Source: Verrucomicrobiota bacterium
GTDB taxonomy: Bacteria > Verrucomicrobiota > Verrucomicrobiia > Limisphaerales > CAIMTB01
DNA length: 28,415 bases
Direction: 5' to 3'
Assembly: GCA_038328885.1 (NCBI GenBank)
Contig: JBBQML010000001.1
Coordinates: forward strand, 1-28,415
Shown: positions 28,258 to 28,415 of the stretch, piece by piece
Layout of the letters: the number at the start of each line of letters is the position of its first letter
How positions within the stretch are numbered: the stretch's first letter is position 1
Program-made: the position numbers and the translations under genes
The notes under the pieces: generated by a model
The model's database searches: none
What the model was told of the DNA's origin: nothing
The model's input: only the letters and a program-made list of their open reading frames with translations

Positions 28258-28415
28258 CCGACCTCCGACCCCTGACTTCTGACCTCTGACCTCGGATCTC
28301 CGACCTCTGACCTCGGACCCCGGACCTCGGATCTCCGACCTCGGATCTCGGATCTCGGATCTCCGACCTCTGACCTCGGACCTCGGATCTCGGATCTCTG
28401 ACCTCGGACCTCAGA
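28258..28415 (-). repeat. Heptamer tandem array, at least 22 units, in reverse-complement orientation to the 25116-25325 array; runs off the window
   Basis: Units CCGACCT, CTGACCT, CGGATCT, CGGACCT, CGGACCC are the reverse complements of the left-array units. Confidence 0.97.

Noticed and set aside
28112-28258. 49-aa N-terminal extension of the YfhO-like ORF
   Set aside because: It is a translation of heptamer tracts. The promoter-like box points to ATG 28111.

Overview
A high-GC (~70% by eye) bacterial chromosomal window. Protein families and repeat types point to Verrucomicrobiota (Limisphaera/Pedosphaera-like), which is an inference. In order: a 5'-truncated ankyrin-repeat protein; a broken DUF5060/glycoside-hydrolase remnant; ilvD; a vapBC-type toxin-antitoxin pair; a large DUF4011-helicase-nuclease-DUF3320 (Hhe-like) gene; a three-domain SGNH + alpha/beta-hydrolase + beta-propeller enzyme; an outer-membrane barrel; an uncharacterised nucleotidyltransferase + small partner pair; an exported protein; an IS-end-like duplicated element; a ROK-family protein; prmA; and a minus-strand envelope cluster (YdjY-like, SAM methyltransferase, beta-barrel, FG-GAP/ASPIC-UnbV protein, YfhO-like GT-C). 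Best leads: (1) a secreted protein with a distinctive ~185-aa C-terminal module ending in RFYR, paired with a downstream beta-barrel (candidate cargo/translocator export module); (2) a toxin-first MenT/AbiEii-like nucleotidyltransferase with an HTH-less partner; (3) a recurring CAnnnT -10 box 6-10 nt before SD-less start codons; (4) oppositely oriented 7-mer arrays flanking the GT-C gene. No rRNA, tRNA, CRISPR array or intact transposase was seen. All family assignments come from motif recognition, not database searches.
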